A stretch of 63,724 nt of DNA, the filler included, from Rhabdomonas costata (lineage: Eukaryota): assembly GCA_019059605.1 (NCBI GenBank). It is 47 parts of 47 records of this genome, joined end to end, with 100 filler letters (N's around TTAATTAATTAA, not from the genome) between each part and the next. Parts side by side here need not be neighbours in the genome. Positions count along the whole stretch, not along the records: positions 39,388 to 40,645 come from JAHMHO010021639.1; positions 40,746 to 42,003 come from JAHMHO010021640.1; positions 42,104 to 43,361 come from JAHMHO010021641.1; positions 43,462 to 44,719 come from JAHMHO010021642.1; positions 44,820 to 46,077 come from JAHMHO010021643.1; positions 46,178 to 47,433 come from JAHMHO010021644.1; positions 47,534 to 48,789 come from JAHMHO010021645.1; positions 48,890 to 50,147 come from JAHMHO010021646.1; 39 more parts are not named here. The stretch is one strand, 5' to 3'. Made by a program: the position numbers and the translations under genes. Under the pieces are notes generated by a model. It did not search any database. It had not been told where the DNA came from and was given only the letters and a program-made list of their open reading frames with translations. Shown here piece by piece: positions 39,392 through 50,142 of this stretch; positions within the stretch are counted from its first letter, which is position 1, and every line of letters begins with the position of its first letter.

Positions 39392-40417
39392 TGGTGGAGG
39401 CAGCTGCGCACGATGCCGATTGTGGTGGAGATCGAGCAGCTGTACCTCCTGCTAAAGCCGAAAAGTAGGACTGCCTCTGTTTTTGCAGCGGAGCGTTTTG
39501 GGCTACTGTGTATAAGGCCCCCCTGTATAAGTCCGTCCCTCCTGATCTGTCGGATTTGGTTGACTGGTGATGGCTCCTTCATGTGCTGTGTGATATTGCA
39601 CATGGCACGGGCCTTATTAAGGAAAGAGCCGTCATGGGTGGGTGCCGACCGGAGGGTGCAAGCACCGTCCAAGCGGCGTTTCGGGAGGCCCACTGTATAT
39701 GTGAAGGACGCCCTCTAAAGGTATACTGCACTTGGCTTCAAAAACGATATATCTTGGTGGATCCTCCCTACGTGGTTCCATCTCCTTGCAACATACCGTC
39801 GAGTACCCTCGAACAGAACCTGACGGATGGCAATGCAAGGGGGTGGATTTGTTTATGAAATAACTTGATCCATCAGTATATGAATATGAATTTCTTGACT
39901 TCTTCGGCTTCAGAGCAAATGTTACTCCATGTGTGCGCAGCGACTTGCAGCCCTGAGGCAGCCAAGAAGTGGGTGGCGAGTGAGAAGGCCTCCGCGATTG
40001 CTGGATTTGAGAGCGAGCGCAAGCTGCGGGAGATGCTGGGCAGGGAGGCCGCCGCGCCCCGCCGGAAGGGGCTGGTGGGCTTCGCGGCGAAGCTCGTGGA
40101 GGCCATCGTAAGCAACATCCAGGTCACGGTGGACACGGTGCATGTCAGGATGGAGTTCTTCGAGGGGGTCTCCCGGCCTCTGGCGTTGGGTGTGCCCACC
40201 ACCACACTGCCCAGTTGTATTTCCGTCTGTTTCTCATAGGGTTTCCTCCCTGGTACCTGTAAGTACTGGCTCGATTTCTATTGGATGCTGGGAGATGGGA
40301 GGATGGCTCGCTCGGCTTCCGATGCGCGTTTTTTTTTGTGCTTTAGGGGTGACCTGGACTCGGCTTACTGTCGTTTCTACTGACGCGCAGTGGAGTAAGA
40401 AGTTCAAGTTCACACAG
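39392..40417 (+). CDS. VPS13: VPS13 chorein N-terminal region, three exons (contig start-39464; 39941-40189; 40347-40417)
   Basis: WRQLRTMPIVVEIEQLYLLLKP...FAAKLVEAIVSNIQVTVDTVHVRME...PLALGVTWTRLTVVSTDAQW; both GT-AG introns are in phase. Confidence 0.92.
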
Positions 40418-41037
40418 GTTCCTGCCTTCAATATCTCTCTGAGGCCATTTTCGCAGAAAGGAGCTGAATACTTGCTGCGATGGAAGCCGGCCAGTGAGCG
40501 CTGGGGTGAGATAATGCCAACTTTGTGCTGCTTACTGATGGAATGTCGAAAATCGCTTGCGGTACTCGTGCAAGCGAGTGAGAGGGAGTAAATACAAAGA
40601 ATACAAAGAAAAGCATCACAAAGTTGGCATTATCTCACCCCAACCNNNNNNNNNNNNNNNNNNNNNNNNNNNNNNNNNNNNNNNNNNNNTTAATTAATTA
40701 ANNNNNNNNNNNNNNNNNNNNNNNNNNNNNNNNNNNNNNNNNNNNGGTTGGTTGGGGAGATAGGCAAGAGCAACAGCTGAAGCTGGTGAATGCTCAACAT
40801 CACAGGGGAAGGATGCCACAACACTTGCATCAAACTTGAAGAACATGACAGAACATGTAAAAAAAGCGGAATTCACAGTGAGACACAGACATGCATCACT
40901 TCTTACACACAGGAGGACTACACCTGGCAAGGCCGCATCTTCGAGCATTTCGGAGCTACCCACCGATGCAATACCACCACGCACGACCATCCCATTCAGA
41001 GAGCCGTCCTGAGGGAAATGGGATGAAGGGTGGGGCC

Positions 41038-41856
41038 TCAGCAGATGTGCATGGAGATGTCGGGCAGGAAGTAAATCGGCAGGAAGGCCTTGTTCTGGTG
41101 AAGGAACTTGATCAGCTCCAGCTGCACCATGTGCTCGGTGTCCGGGGTGACCTCCAGGGCGAAGGCCTTGCGGCGCACCTCTGGGACCACCTCCACGTTG
41201 TCCTCCTACAAATTAGCCCCCCACCCCCTTCGCGACGACATGCTCGAGCGGAGAGCGGCCGCAACCCGAAGTGACAGTTGGCCACCGCAGATTGCCAATA
41301 GGATTTTACGATGTTCCCAAAATATTGGCAAGTGCACTACTCACACATTTGCACAATCATCCGCACCTACTTAGTCGCTCCTTTGCCGTCAGATGAGATG
41401 ATGTACCACTCGCATCCCGGCTTTTGTCGGCATGCTGGAGGGGGCGCCCGTTCTGCATCTTCTGGATGCAAAGGCAACCCATCGAACCCATGATGCAAGG
41501 CCTGCAGTGATGACACTGCAGTGCAAGGGAGGGAGGCCCTAATGTTCCCAATGTCGTTTTGGACGCCGGTGGGGAATCTTTTGATGGGTTTCAGCGCTTG
41601 AGGACAAAGGCGGCCAGGATGGGTCTACATCGGGAGGGTGCACCACCTTGACGTAGTTTAGGACGCGATCGGAGAGCTGCTGGATGTCCTCCTGCGCACG
41701 GAACTTCTCTCGGAGGGTGGCGCGGAAAGTGTGGAACTTGTCATAAAACACCGCCATGGCCCAGTCCTGCCGTAGCATCTGCACCACGTCGGGCACCAGG
41801 CCGTCGCTCCAACGCTGCACAAGGTTCAGGTATGTCTGCGGAAGGCCCACCAAGGC
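41038..41856 (-). CDS. C-terminal two exons of an unknown protein (41856-41647; 41205-41038)
   Basis: Phase-0 AG/GT boundaries, high GC3, ending ...FLHQNKAFLPIYFLPDISMHIC-TGA. Confidence 0.75.
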
Positions 41857-42198
41857 CTGTGAGGAAGGCGTAGGACGAAGAAAAGCGGAGAGTGCAATTC
41901 GCGACCTTGCGGTTTGAGGCCTATTCTGGAGAGAACATTATAGACTGGAACTGCAACCACCGCAAAACAAATAAGGCAAAGGAGAGCCTCCGCCCCCCCC
42001 CACNNNNNNNNNNNNNNNNNNNNNNNNNNNNNNNNNNNNNNNNNNNNTTAATTAATTAANNNNNNNNNNNNNNNNNNNNNNNNNNNNNNNNNNNNNNNNN
42101 NNNGGCAGCTTTCGGAGCATTTGGGTCCTGTGTACGGAAAGTAGCACCGGCGGAAACCCAGCAAACAAAGGAGGTGGGTGGCGATTAAAAACACGTAC

Positions 42199-42841
42199 CT
42201 TCTTGCGCTTGCCCGCCTTCTCCTCGCGCTGAATGCACACCAAGAAACCAAGAACGGAGATTGTCAAGCGCACTGTCGCAGGCGCCACAGTGCACACGTG
42301 GTACAAAAAGGAGGGATTGGTCTGCTTGAACGGTGGCGGTTGACTCGCAAGCCATTGCACAAGACGACAGACCAAAAAAAGAAGTTGCACAGATGTGAGG
42401 CGGAGGGAGGGTATACCTTCTTTCGCTTTGCAGCTTTTTTCATTTCATGCTAAGCGAAGCAAACAAGACCACGTGCAAAATAATGAAAGCAAAAATAGGA
42501 CCGTGAGCTGAGTAATGACAGGGCTGACCTCAGGGGAAGGAACGTAAGTCTTCATCTTTTCTTTGTAAGCATCTTTTTCTGCTTCGGCTTGCTCTAAAAA
42601 GGGCTGCGAAAAACAACCACAATCGTGGGAGGACACACTGCAGAAACCCTGCTGACACCACAACGAAAAGGAAGAAGAAATCCACCTTCTTGGCTTCCTC
42701 CGAGAGGTTTTTCCATTCTGTGGACAACTCTTTCACAACGGCTGTTATTCTTGCATCAGGATGAGCAGCGACATAATCCCGCCTCTTTGCTTCCAAAAAG
42801 CAAAAGAAGGCGGTTTTGGGTTTCTTGGGAGCTTGCTGGTC
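42199..42841 (-). CDS. HMG-box protein, four exons (42841-42686; 42603-42529; 42449-42417; 42228-42199)
   Basis: DQQAPKKPKTAFFCFLEAKRRDYVAAHPDARITAVVKELSTEWKNLSEEAKK|PFLEQAEAEKDAYKEKMKTY is a complete HMG box; all introns are phase-0 GT-AG. Confidence 0.93.
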
Positions 42842-43461
42842 CTGCAGAATCGAGGAAAACAGAGGGTTTCAGTTGAAACTTCAGCGCAGGGAGTGCAAAA
42901 GAATGCTCAGAACGCACACTCATCGCAGTGAGGCCTGCGCAGCAATTCGCCGTTCTTTCACAACAACTGGGTTGGGCGGGTGGGAGGTGAGGTGCACCAC
43001 AGAAAATCCCTCAGTGCGCGGAAAAAGGAGAGGGGCCAGAGTGGCATATCTAATTTGCTGACCTCTAAGACAAACGGAAAATTGCTTACGTTCATGCCCA
43101 TGTTCATCGTAAGCCACTCTTCCTCTGTTTTTAACGGTGCTTCGGCTTGCAGGCGTCTCTGCCGGTATAATGAATACATTTGTCTATTCAGCAGAGCACT
43201 AAAAGATCCACGGAGAACCAAAAGAAACTAACTCTAGCAATAGAACTTCGCGCCAGGTGACTAGAAGGGCAAGCGTGTTCTAATTAATTTTGGGAAACAC
43301 CGACACATTTCATCCAACTCCTCGTGTCCGGGGAACATCGCAAAGGCACCACTTGATCGATNNNNNNNNNNNNNNNNNNNNNNNNNNNNNNNNNNNNNNN
43401 NNNNNTTAATTAATTAANNNNNNNNNNNNNNNNNNNNNNNNNNNNNNNNNNNNNNNNNNNN

Positions 43462-43649
43462 GGGTGGTTTGTTCTTTGTTTCATTCCCTGAATTCACGTG
43501 CCAGAATGCTCGGGTGTGATTCCCTTGTCCTTTCAGCAATGCAGACCACCGAAAAAGGACAACGCTCAATCCGCAAGCGCTGAAAGGACAAGGGAATCAC
43601 ACCCGAGCATTCTGGCACGTGAATTCAGGGAATGAAACAAAGAACAAAC
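43462..43649. other. Contig-terminal inverted repeat (fold-back chimera)
   Basis: About 70-bp perfect arms (roughly 43467-43536 against 43579-43648). Confidence 0.85.
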
Positions 43650-43715
43650 GGCGATGTCAATGAAGCGCTCACCACGAGAGTAAGCTAGGGACCAGACTAG
43701 AAACACACAGCAAAC

Positions 43716-43974
43716 CAGCTCGTTCGACCACGTGAAGTACTCCGGAGTGGACACATTCTCCTTCACGGTCAGCTGCGGGATGGAAACCGCGTAGAACCGC
43801 GCCAACTTCTTCCCCGTCACCTGGTTAGCTGAGAACATCTGCATCACGGAAACGTTGAAGAAGGCATTCGTGGCGGCCTCCGCGATGCAGATACTGGGTG
43901 CCATGACGTTGCCGTTGAGGTTGGTGCGGGTGTATGCCGTCATCTGGGCCTTCGCCTTGGGGGTCATCTGGGAG
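43716..43974 (-). CDS. Exon of an unknown protein, possibly a receptor extracellular domain
   Basis: AG/GTTTGC boundaries, high GC3, several N-x-S/T sequons (NVS twice). Confidence 0.6.
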
Positions 43975-45090
43975 CTATTTAAATTTGCAAGGAGGGGGCC
44001 TTCAAGCTGAGCTGCGCCGTTGATTGAAGACGGCAACGCTGGAAAAGTTTCGATGACAATTGGGTTTTTAGCCATAGAAAAGTCGTCGCTAATGTTATGC
44101 CACCTCGCATGTTATTTGACATTTACCTTTAAACGAAAGTTGGATGTCCTATCACTGAGCTTGGATGTCATTTCTCAGCGGGCACGCCCCTGTGCGCATT
44201 CAAGGAAACTCGTTTGAAGTTAATTTCCGAAATTAATATACTGCTCGATTGCGCCCTGGATGCCGAATTTTCTAGTTTTTCTGACCGAGATGAATGTTTA
44301 ATTTCCCCTCCCCCAAACAGCCCACACAGAAGGCGAAAAGACTTCCGAACAGATTGTCACGCACAGACCAATGTCAAATTTCCGGGCGGAACTGACAAAC
44401 CCATTCCATTTATGGTCTCCTCTCCGAGCATCGTCCTCTGGGCATAAGCACCAATTCACGAGCGGTCGGACCTCTTGAAGGTGCAAAAGTGTTCATTTTC
44501 GTGCCGTTGTGGCACGGATGGTGTCCGATGGTGTCCGATGGTACTTATGAGTACAACTGCTTGCAGTCATCCATGTGGAAGTTTGCCACATTCAATGTTG
44601 AGTGATGCAGCAGTAATTAGATTAGCACCTGAGTGCAGTAATTAGAGCGTTCCATCGCTGATTGTGCATCGCTTCCGTCGCAAGCAATGCCCGTCTCATC
44701 TGTGAGCACACATCTTCCTNNNNNNNNNNNNNNNNNNNNNNNNNNNNNNNNNNNNNNNNNNNNTTAATTAATTAANNNNNNNNNNNNNNNNNNNNNNNNN
44801 NNNNNNNNNNNNNNNNNNNTTTTTTTTATAGAAGCGAGCCATCTGCAGCTGTGAAGGCCCCTTATTGTTGCACTTTCTGCCCAGAACACCAAACGCTTCC
44901 CTTTGAGAATATTTCTAAAACTCTCACCTTCGAGAATGAGACACAAACAAAAATAACACCGGCATTCACATGCCGCGTTCAAACACTCCCAGAGTATGTG
45001 GGGGAGGATCGAGCGGCTGCTACTTGTTTCGACCTTTAGCAGGCGTTCCGCCAAGAATATTCAGAGGTACCTTAACCTTAACCCCCACAC

Positions 45091-45466
45091 CTGACTCCGC
45101 GGTGGAGGTCGCGGTATACACGGCGAGTTGAGAGGTGATGTCCATGATCTGCTCCAGTAGGGCCACCACCCGACCCTGCACAGTGGTACACGCCAGCTCA
45201 CGGTACTTCACAGCAATATACCCGATCGCGTTGTCGCTCCAGGACTGGGTCACCATAAAAGTCAAACCGCCCACCAGCCCCAGGGAGACGGCCGACACCA
45301 CAACCAGAAGCATCCAGATCGGGAGCTGGCAGCGGCTGGGGTTGCGGGGCCAACGTAATCGGATGCAGCCGGGGCAGCAACTGGGGTGTTGAGAGGGAGA
45401 GCATGGGCAACGCAACGACCCACGGCCAATGCTGGGGGTTGGAGGCGGTTCCAGCGGTGGTCTCAT
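45091..45466 (-). CDS. First exon of a membrane receptor-type protein (N-terminal TM helix followed by a helical stalk)
   Basis: ATG at 45466; CQLPIWMLLVVVSAVSLGLVGGLTFMVTQSWSDNAIGYIAVKYRELACTTVQGRVVALLEQ; GTGTGG donor. Confidence 0.7.
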
Positions 45467-46690
45467 TTTCAGGTAAGTCCTTTGGCTGGGTCAAAATCGG
45501 GCTCCCGGAGACCAAACGTTTCCTGCCTCACTACGCACTCACACACTAGCAGTGAAACTGAAATGAAAGGGAACGCCACTTGCGAGGGAAGCGCTACGGA
45601 GAAAAGAAATCTCCCACGCGCCGAACAAGCAGCCACAGAAGATCTTCAGGAAGATGCAAGGGGCCGAAGGAAGAAAGCCACCACCAAATCAGAACCAGGG
45701 AATCACAGAATAAGATCGACCTTCGATAAACTAATGCCAGTCTAATGCGCTGGAGCTTCAGAAAAGTCAGACATTATTATGCCGATTTGAAATGTTTTGG
45801 TACGCTCCTTTTCGGTCACCTGCGTTCATCCCTTGGCTCTGATAGCCGGTAATGCAAGCCTACCGACTCAGTATTCAGTAAGTGTTTTAAACGAGGAGGC
45901 TCCCTGGGTACATCAAAACCATCCCAAGGTGTCACTCAAGGTGGCATCAAGCGAAGCACAAAGAGACGATCACAGGTAATGTTTTTGAAATAGCTTGCTT
46001 TCGGCTTGTCATTCCTTGGTTGGTGTGAGCAGGCCCTTACAAAACCAAGGGTGCAATTGTCCTATTAACCCACAAACNNNNNNNNNNNNNNNNNNNNNNN
46101 NNNNNNNNNNNNNNNNNNNNNTTAATTAATTAANNNNNNNNNNNNNNNNNNNNNNNNNNNNNNNNNNNNNNNNNNNNGGTTTGTGTGGTCAGTTTCTCCC
46201 TCGCAACTCAGTTTTGGTGGTGATAATTTGTATAAAAAATTTGTGTTGCTTCATTTGTAAAGCTATCGGACAGATGTCGTTACTGTTTGGTTGAGGAAGA
46301 CATGTTTGCGTGTGATAACATGGCTCGAAATGAGCGAGGAGAGGAACGTTTATCGTGTTTATCGTCAAAAAAGTGAGTTGTGTTTGAAAAGAAAAATTCC
46401 TGAAGGACTCTATTTTTTTTAAAATCCGTAAAGAGTTTACCGGCTCTTGGAGGACAGTGAAAGGGCGGAAACACCATGACACCTACTGGCCTCACTCCTT
46501 TTCCTTTCCGAGGGGCCACACACCTCGCCACCATCCCCCCCCACTCACGCACCCACCTGGGTCAACCTTTCTTAAGGCGACTAACTCGAGCTGATGGTTT
46601 GCTCGAGTTTTTTCTCGATCGCTAAGTAACACTGAAGAACTTTGACAGAAAAACGGTGTGCGTGATCAAATGGTGCGGCATATGTGGCAG

Positions 46691-47334
46691 CAACTGAACC
46701 GCAAGCTGGAGGAGCTTCGCGGCAGCGTGGAGGCCGGGGGGAGGCCCAAGAGGACCTGAAGGATACTGGAGCGAAGGCCGCAAGGACGGTGGAGGCTGCT
46801 CTCCGCCGCGAGCTGGAGGGCCTGCGCCATCGTATGTTACCACTGCATGGCTCTGCCTCCTGTCTCCAATTGCTTATTCTCGCACTGCTTTTGATATACT
46901 GGCAACTTTTTTAGCTCAACTGTTTGAGCCCATCTTTTATTCTTCCTTTTTTTTTTGCATTTACTTTACCCTGAGCAGCGAATAAACTGGTGTGCGTTCA
47001 TGCGTGGCGTCCAGATCATGTCACTTGGGACCATTTCTTGTTTTTCATGTATTATCTCATCTCATATGCACACGTGTGCACGTACAGTAAACCACATCTA
47101 AACTTCTAAGTGTTCTGCTCAAGTTCCAGGTCGTCCCCAGACGTTTGTGGAAATATTTAGCATAGCCTTGCAGTGTAAGGCAGGGATAAAGTGAAGTTTT
47201 GTTAGTGCGTGTGTTGTGTCTGTGGGGTGCACTTGCCAGAGCACGAGCTCCATTCTGTTGAGCTGCAAGGGGTGCGGCAAGTTGCCGAAGCAGCTTCCAA
47301 AGAGGCTTCTGCCCTGCGCTCTACCGTTCGTCAG
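46691..47334 (+). CDS. Coiled-coil protein, two exons (46691-46831; 47240-47334)
   Basis: An in-phase GTATGT...CAG intron joins ...RTVEAALRRELEGLRH|QHELHSVELQGVRQVAEAASKEASALRSTVRQ. Confidence 0.7.
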
Positions 47335-49013
47335 GTAAGCGCATTCAAAACAAAACCTCCCTCTACTTTCACTTTCGTTTCCCTAATTTTCTTGTACTGG
47401 ATTTCCAAAGACCTACCATAAACAGCTTGTTTGNNNNNNNNNNNNNNNNNNNNNNNNNNNNNNNNNNNNNNNNNNNNTTAATTAATTAANNNNNNNNNNN
47501 NNNNNNNNNNNNNNNNNNNNNNNNNNNNNNNNNTTGCGTTTGCAATATTTGGGTGGTGTCCCTCTGCCTGTGCGCATCGCCGTGTGATGTTCACAGAGCG
47601 TGTGCGCTCACTGGTGGAAGGTGTGGTGGTAGGTGGGTACCAGTGCGTGTGTGCGTGTGTGTGTGTGTGTGTGTTTGTCTCGAGCGTCTGGATTTTGGTG
47701 TAGGCGTGCCGGTCCCCCCCCTTCCATCCTGAGAGCCGAGTCCAATATAGGCGCTAAGTCAGTAGGGGCTTTACGAATTGAATTTCTGAAAGAAAATCGA
47801 CATTTCTCGAAAGAATTGGTTTCCTTCGGAAACTTTTGTTTTCTCCCCGCAAGCTGAAGAGAACAGCACAAGAACACGGTCAGGGGAACACAGTGGGGAC
47901 GGTAACAGGAATGGTCGGGACTTGAGTGGGGAGGGATTGTGAGAAGACAGCGCGTGGTCAAGTTTGTGGAGGGTGGAAGGGTGTGACCTCCAGCACCGCG
48001 AGAGTGAGGAAACGGTGCGTTAACACGGACAAGCAAGGCTCAAAAGGGAGGTTCTCATCGTTTCACAGGTCTCCTCCTGACTCGGGGTCCCCGCAGCGCG
48101 CCGGTGGGGTCGTGGAGGGCGCCCAAACGGCCATTGATCCAGCGCTGGGGGGCGCCACCAAACAAAAAGTTAAAATAAACAATGTGCTGCAGAAAGGGTC
48201 GAAAACATCAAGTTTTTTCAAGTCAGGCCTGACCAAAGGTTTACGGCTCCGCTTGAAATACTCGGGTTTAGGTTCCTGACCCACCTCTTCGCTTGGGTAG
48301 AAACGCCTGCGTCTTGATGGTCATTTTGCCGGGTTCTTTTTTGGGGGGGGCTATCTCCATTACATTTTTCGGCGCTTTGATTTACGTGCTGGGGTTGTCC
48401 CTCTCGCAGGCAATTCGTGTGAAGACTGTGCTGAAGTTCTTCATCCTGCAATGCATCACGGGGAAAGTGGTAGACGCTGCGCTGCAGCGGACCCCAGCGC
48501 AGATCCTCCGCGCTGGTTGGCACGCAACATATGCGGCGCACTCTTTCTCTTTTTTCTGTTCTCTGTCTTCGCCTGCTCCACTCCACACAACCTGTCCCAT
48601 TGGTGTTTCATGATAAACATACACTTCCGCACTTCCGCAACAGAATTCGTTTTTGTGGATATTTTTGAAATTCCAGTGAACATCAACGGATATGAACGAA
48701 CTTAACCTCGGAAGTACTACTTGGTCTAACGGATTTCAGATAACTTTGTACAAGGGAAAAGAGGGTCGAAAAGAAGGGGACAACCCACCNNNNNNNNNNN
48801 NNNNNNNNNNNNNNNNNNNNNNNNNNNNNNNNNTTAATTAATTAANNNNNNNNNNNNNNNNNNNNNNNNNNNNNNNNNNNNNNNNNNNNTTTGTTGGGGT
48901 GGAGCAGCCGTTCAAACTGCTGCCCCAAATGGATGCTATTAGTCTATCGGTGCGGAAGGAAGATCCTCAAAACAAAAAATGAGCGATTCATGCGCGCGCG
49001 CACGCACACACAC

Positions 49014-49324
49014 CCGCAGCTTTTGTTGCAGCGAGTCCACCTTGGCCTTGAGGTCTTCCACGGCACTGTCTTTGCGCTCCAACGCAAGCTGGTGCCGCTG
49101 CTCATCCTTCTTCCGGGCCTGGTCCGCAGCGCCGGCCTGTCGCCGCCATTCTTCCACGTCACGACGGAGCTGCATGCACAACAAAGGAGATCGCAGATCC
49201 ACTAGGTGTTGTGTTTCTTGAACAGAAAAGCAGGAGCAGAAACCCATCGGGATGAGAAATGTACCTGCTCAAGGTCACCCAGAAGCTTGGCGTTTTCCTC
49301 CAGAAGAGCCTCGTAGTCGGACAT
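49014..49324 (-). CDS. Coiled-coil protein, first two exons (49324-49265; 49169-49014)
   Basis: MSDYEALLEENAKLLGDLEQ|LRRDVEEWRRQ...SAVEDLKAKVDSLQQKLR; phase-0 GT-AG intron. Confidence 0.8.
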
Positions 49325-49956
49325 TGATGAGAACAGAAGCAAGAGAAGAGGGTTGAGCAGGACCCGACACTGGATTCGTTGGAGAGGGTGGAGGAAACAC
49401 CTTCCAGGGAACGCGAAAACCCAGAGAAAGAAGAACAACCCAGAGACAACACTTCAAAAGGAACCGATGTGGAAAATTGACGGGCGATATTGCTTGCAGT
49501 CATTGGGCAGATTTTTATTTGGTGCCATAGAGCCAAAGCGGAAAGCTCTGCGAGCGTTACAGCTGCGGCCAATTAGTTCAGCCATGACCCGAAAGCACTA
49601 AAAATGTGCAATGGTGCTTGTGCGCTGTAAAAAAATGGACCGAGACAAAACCATATCTCTGCCAAAACCAAACATGGTGCAAAATAGCAGCATAGGTCCA
49701 GATGCTGCTAATACTGATACGGGTGGCTTTCACAGGCTGCAAAACGCTTCAACCCAAAACCTTCCCGAAAAGCCAAATGGGGTCCCGGGTCCGCGAATCG
49801 AACGAATTGCAAAACTCTTTGATGGAAACCGTTAACAGTGGAAACGAGACCGGCAGAAACTGCGGGGGACCTACTGACAGCTGACAGTGTGCGATGGATT
49901 GCACCCACCACCGCACGACAACGAAAGAGCACTTCAACAGTAAAGGCAGTCGTAGC

Positions 49957-50142
49957 TCAAATCAACGCCGAGCAGGCCAGGGAGTTCTCCCGAATCGCCG
50001 AGGCATTTTCCTCAATGCCTTGCATCCTTCTCTCCACTGCTTCCGCGTCGTTCTGCAAAATCTGGCGGGCCTCCTCCGCTGACGACAGCACCTCCGCACT
50101 GACTCTGGAGCCCGCCTCAGCTCTTCTTCGGATTTCCAACAC
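49957..50142 (-). CDS. Probable C-terminal exon of a coiled-coil protein
   Basis: EIRRRAEAGSRVSAEVLSSAEEARQILQNDAEAVERRMQGIEENASAIRENSLACSALI-stop. Confidence 0.55.
   Translation of the reverse strand: MLEIRRRAEAGSRVSAEVLSSAEEARQILQNDAEAVERRMQGIEENASAIRENSLACSALI

Noticed and set aside
45070-45085. CCTTAACCTTAACCC as a telomere-like repeat
   Set aside because: Only two imperfect units, inside an intron.
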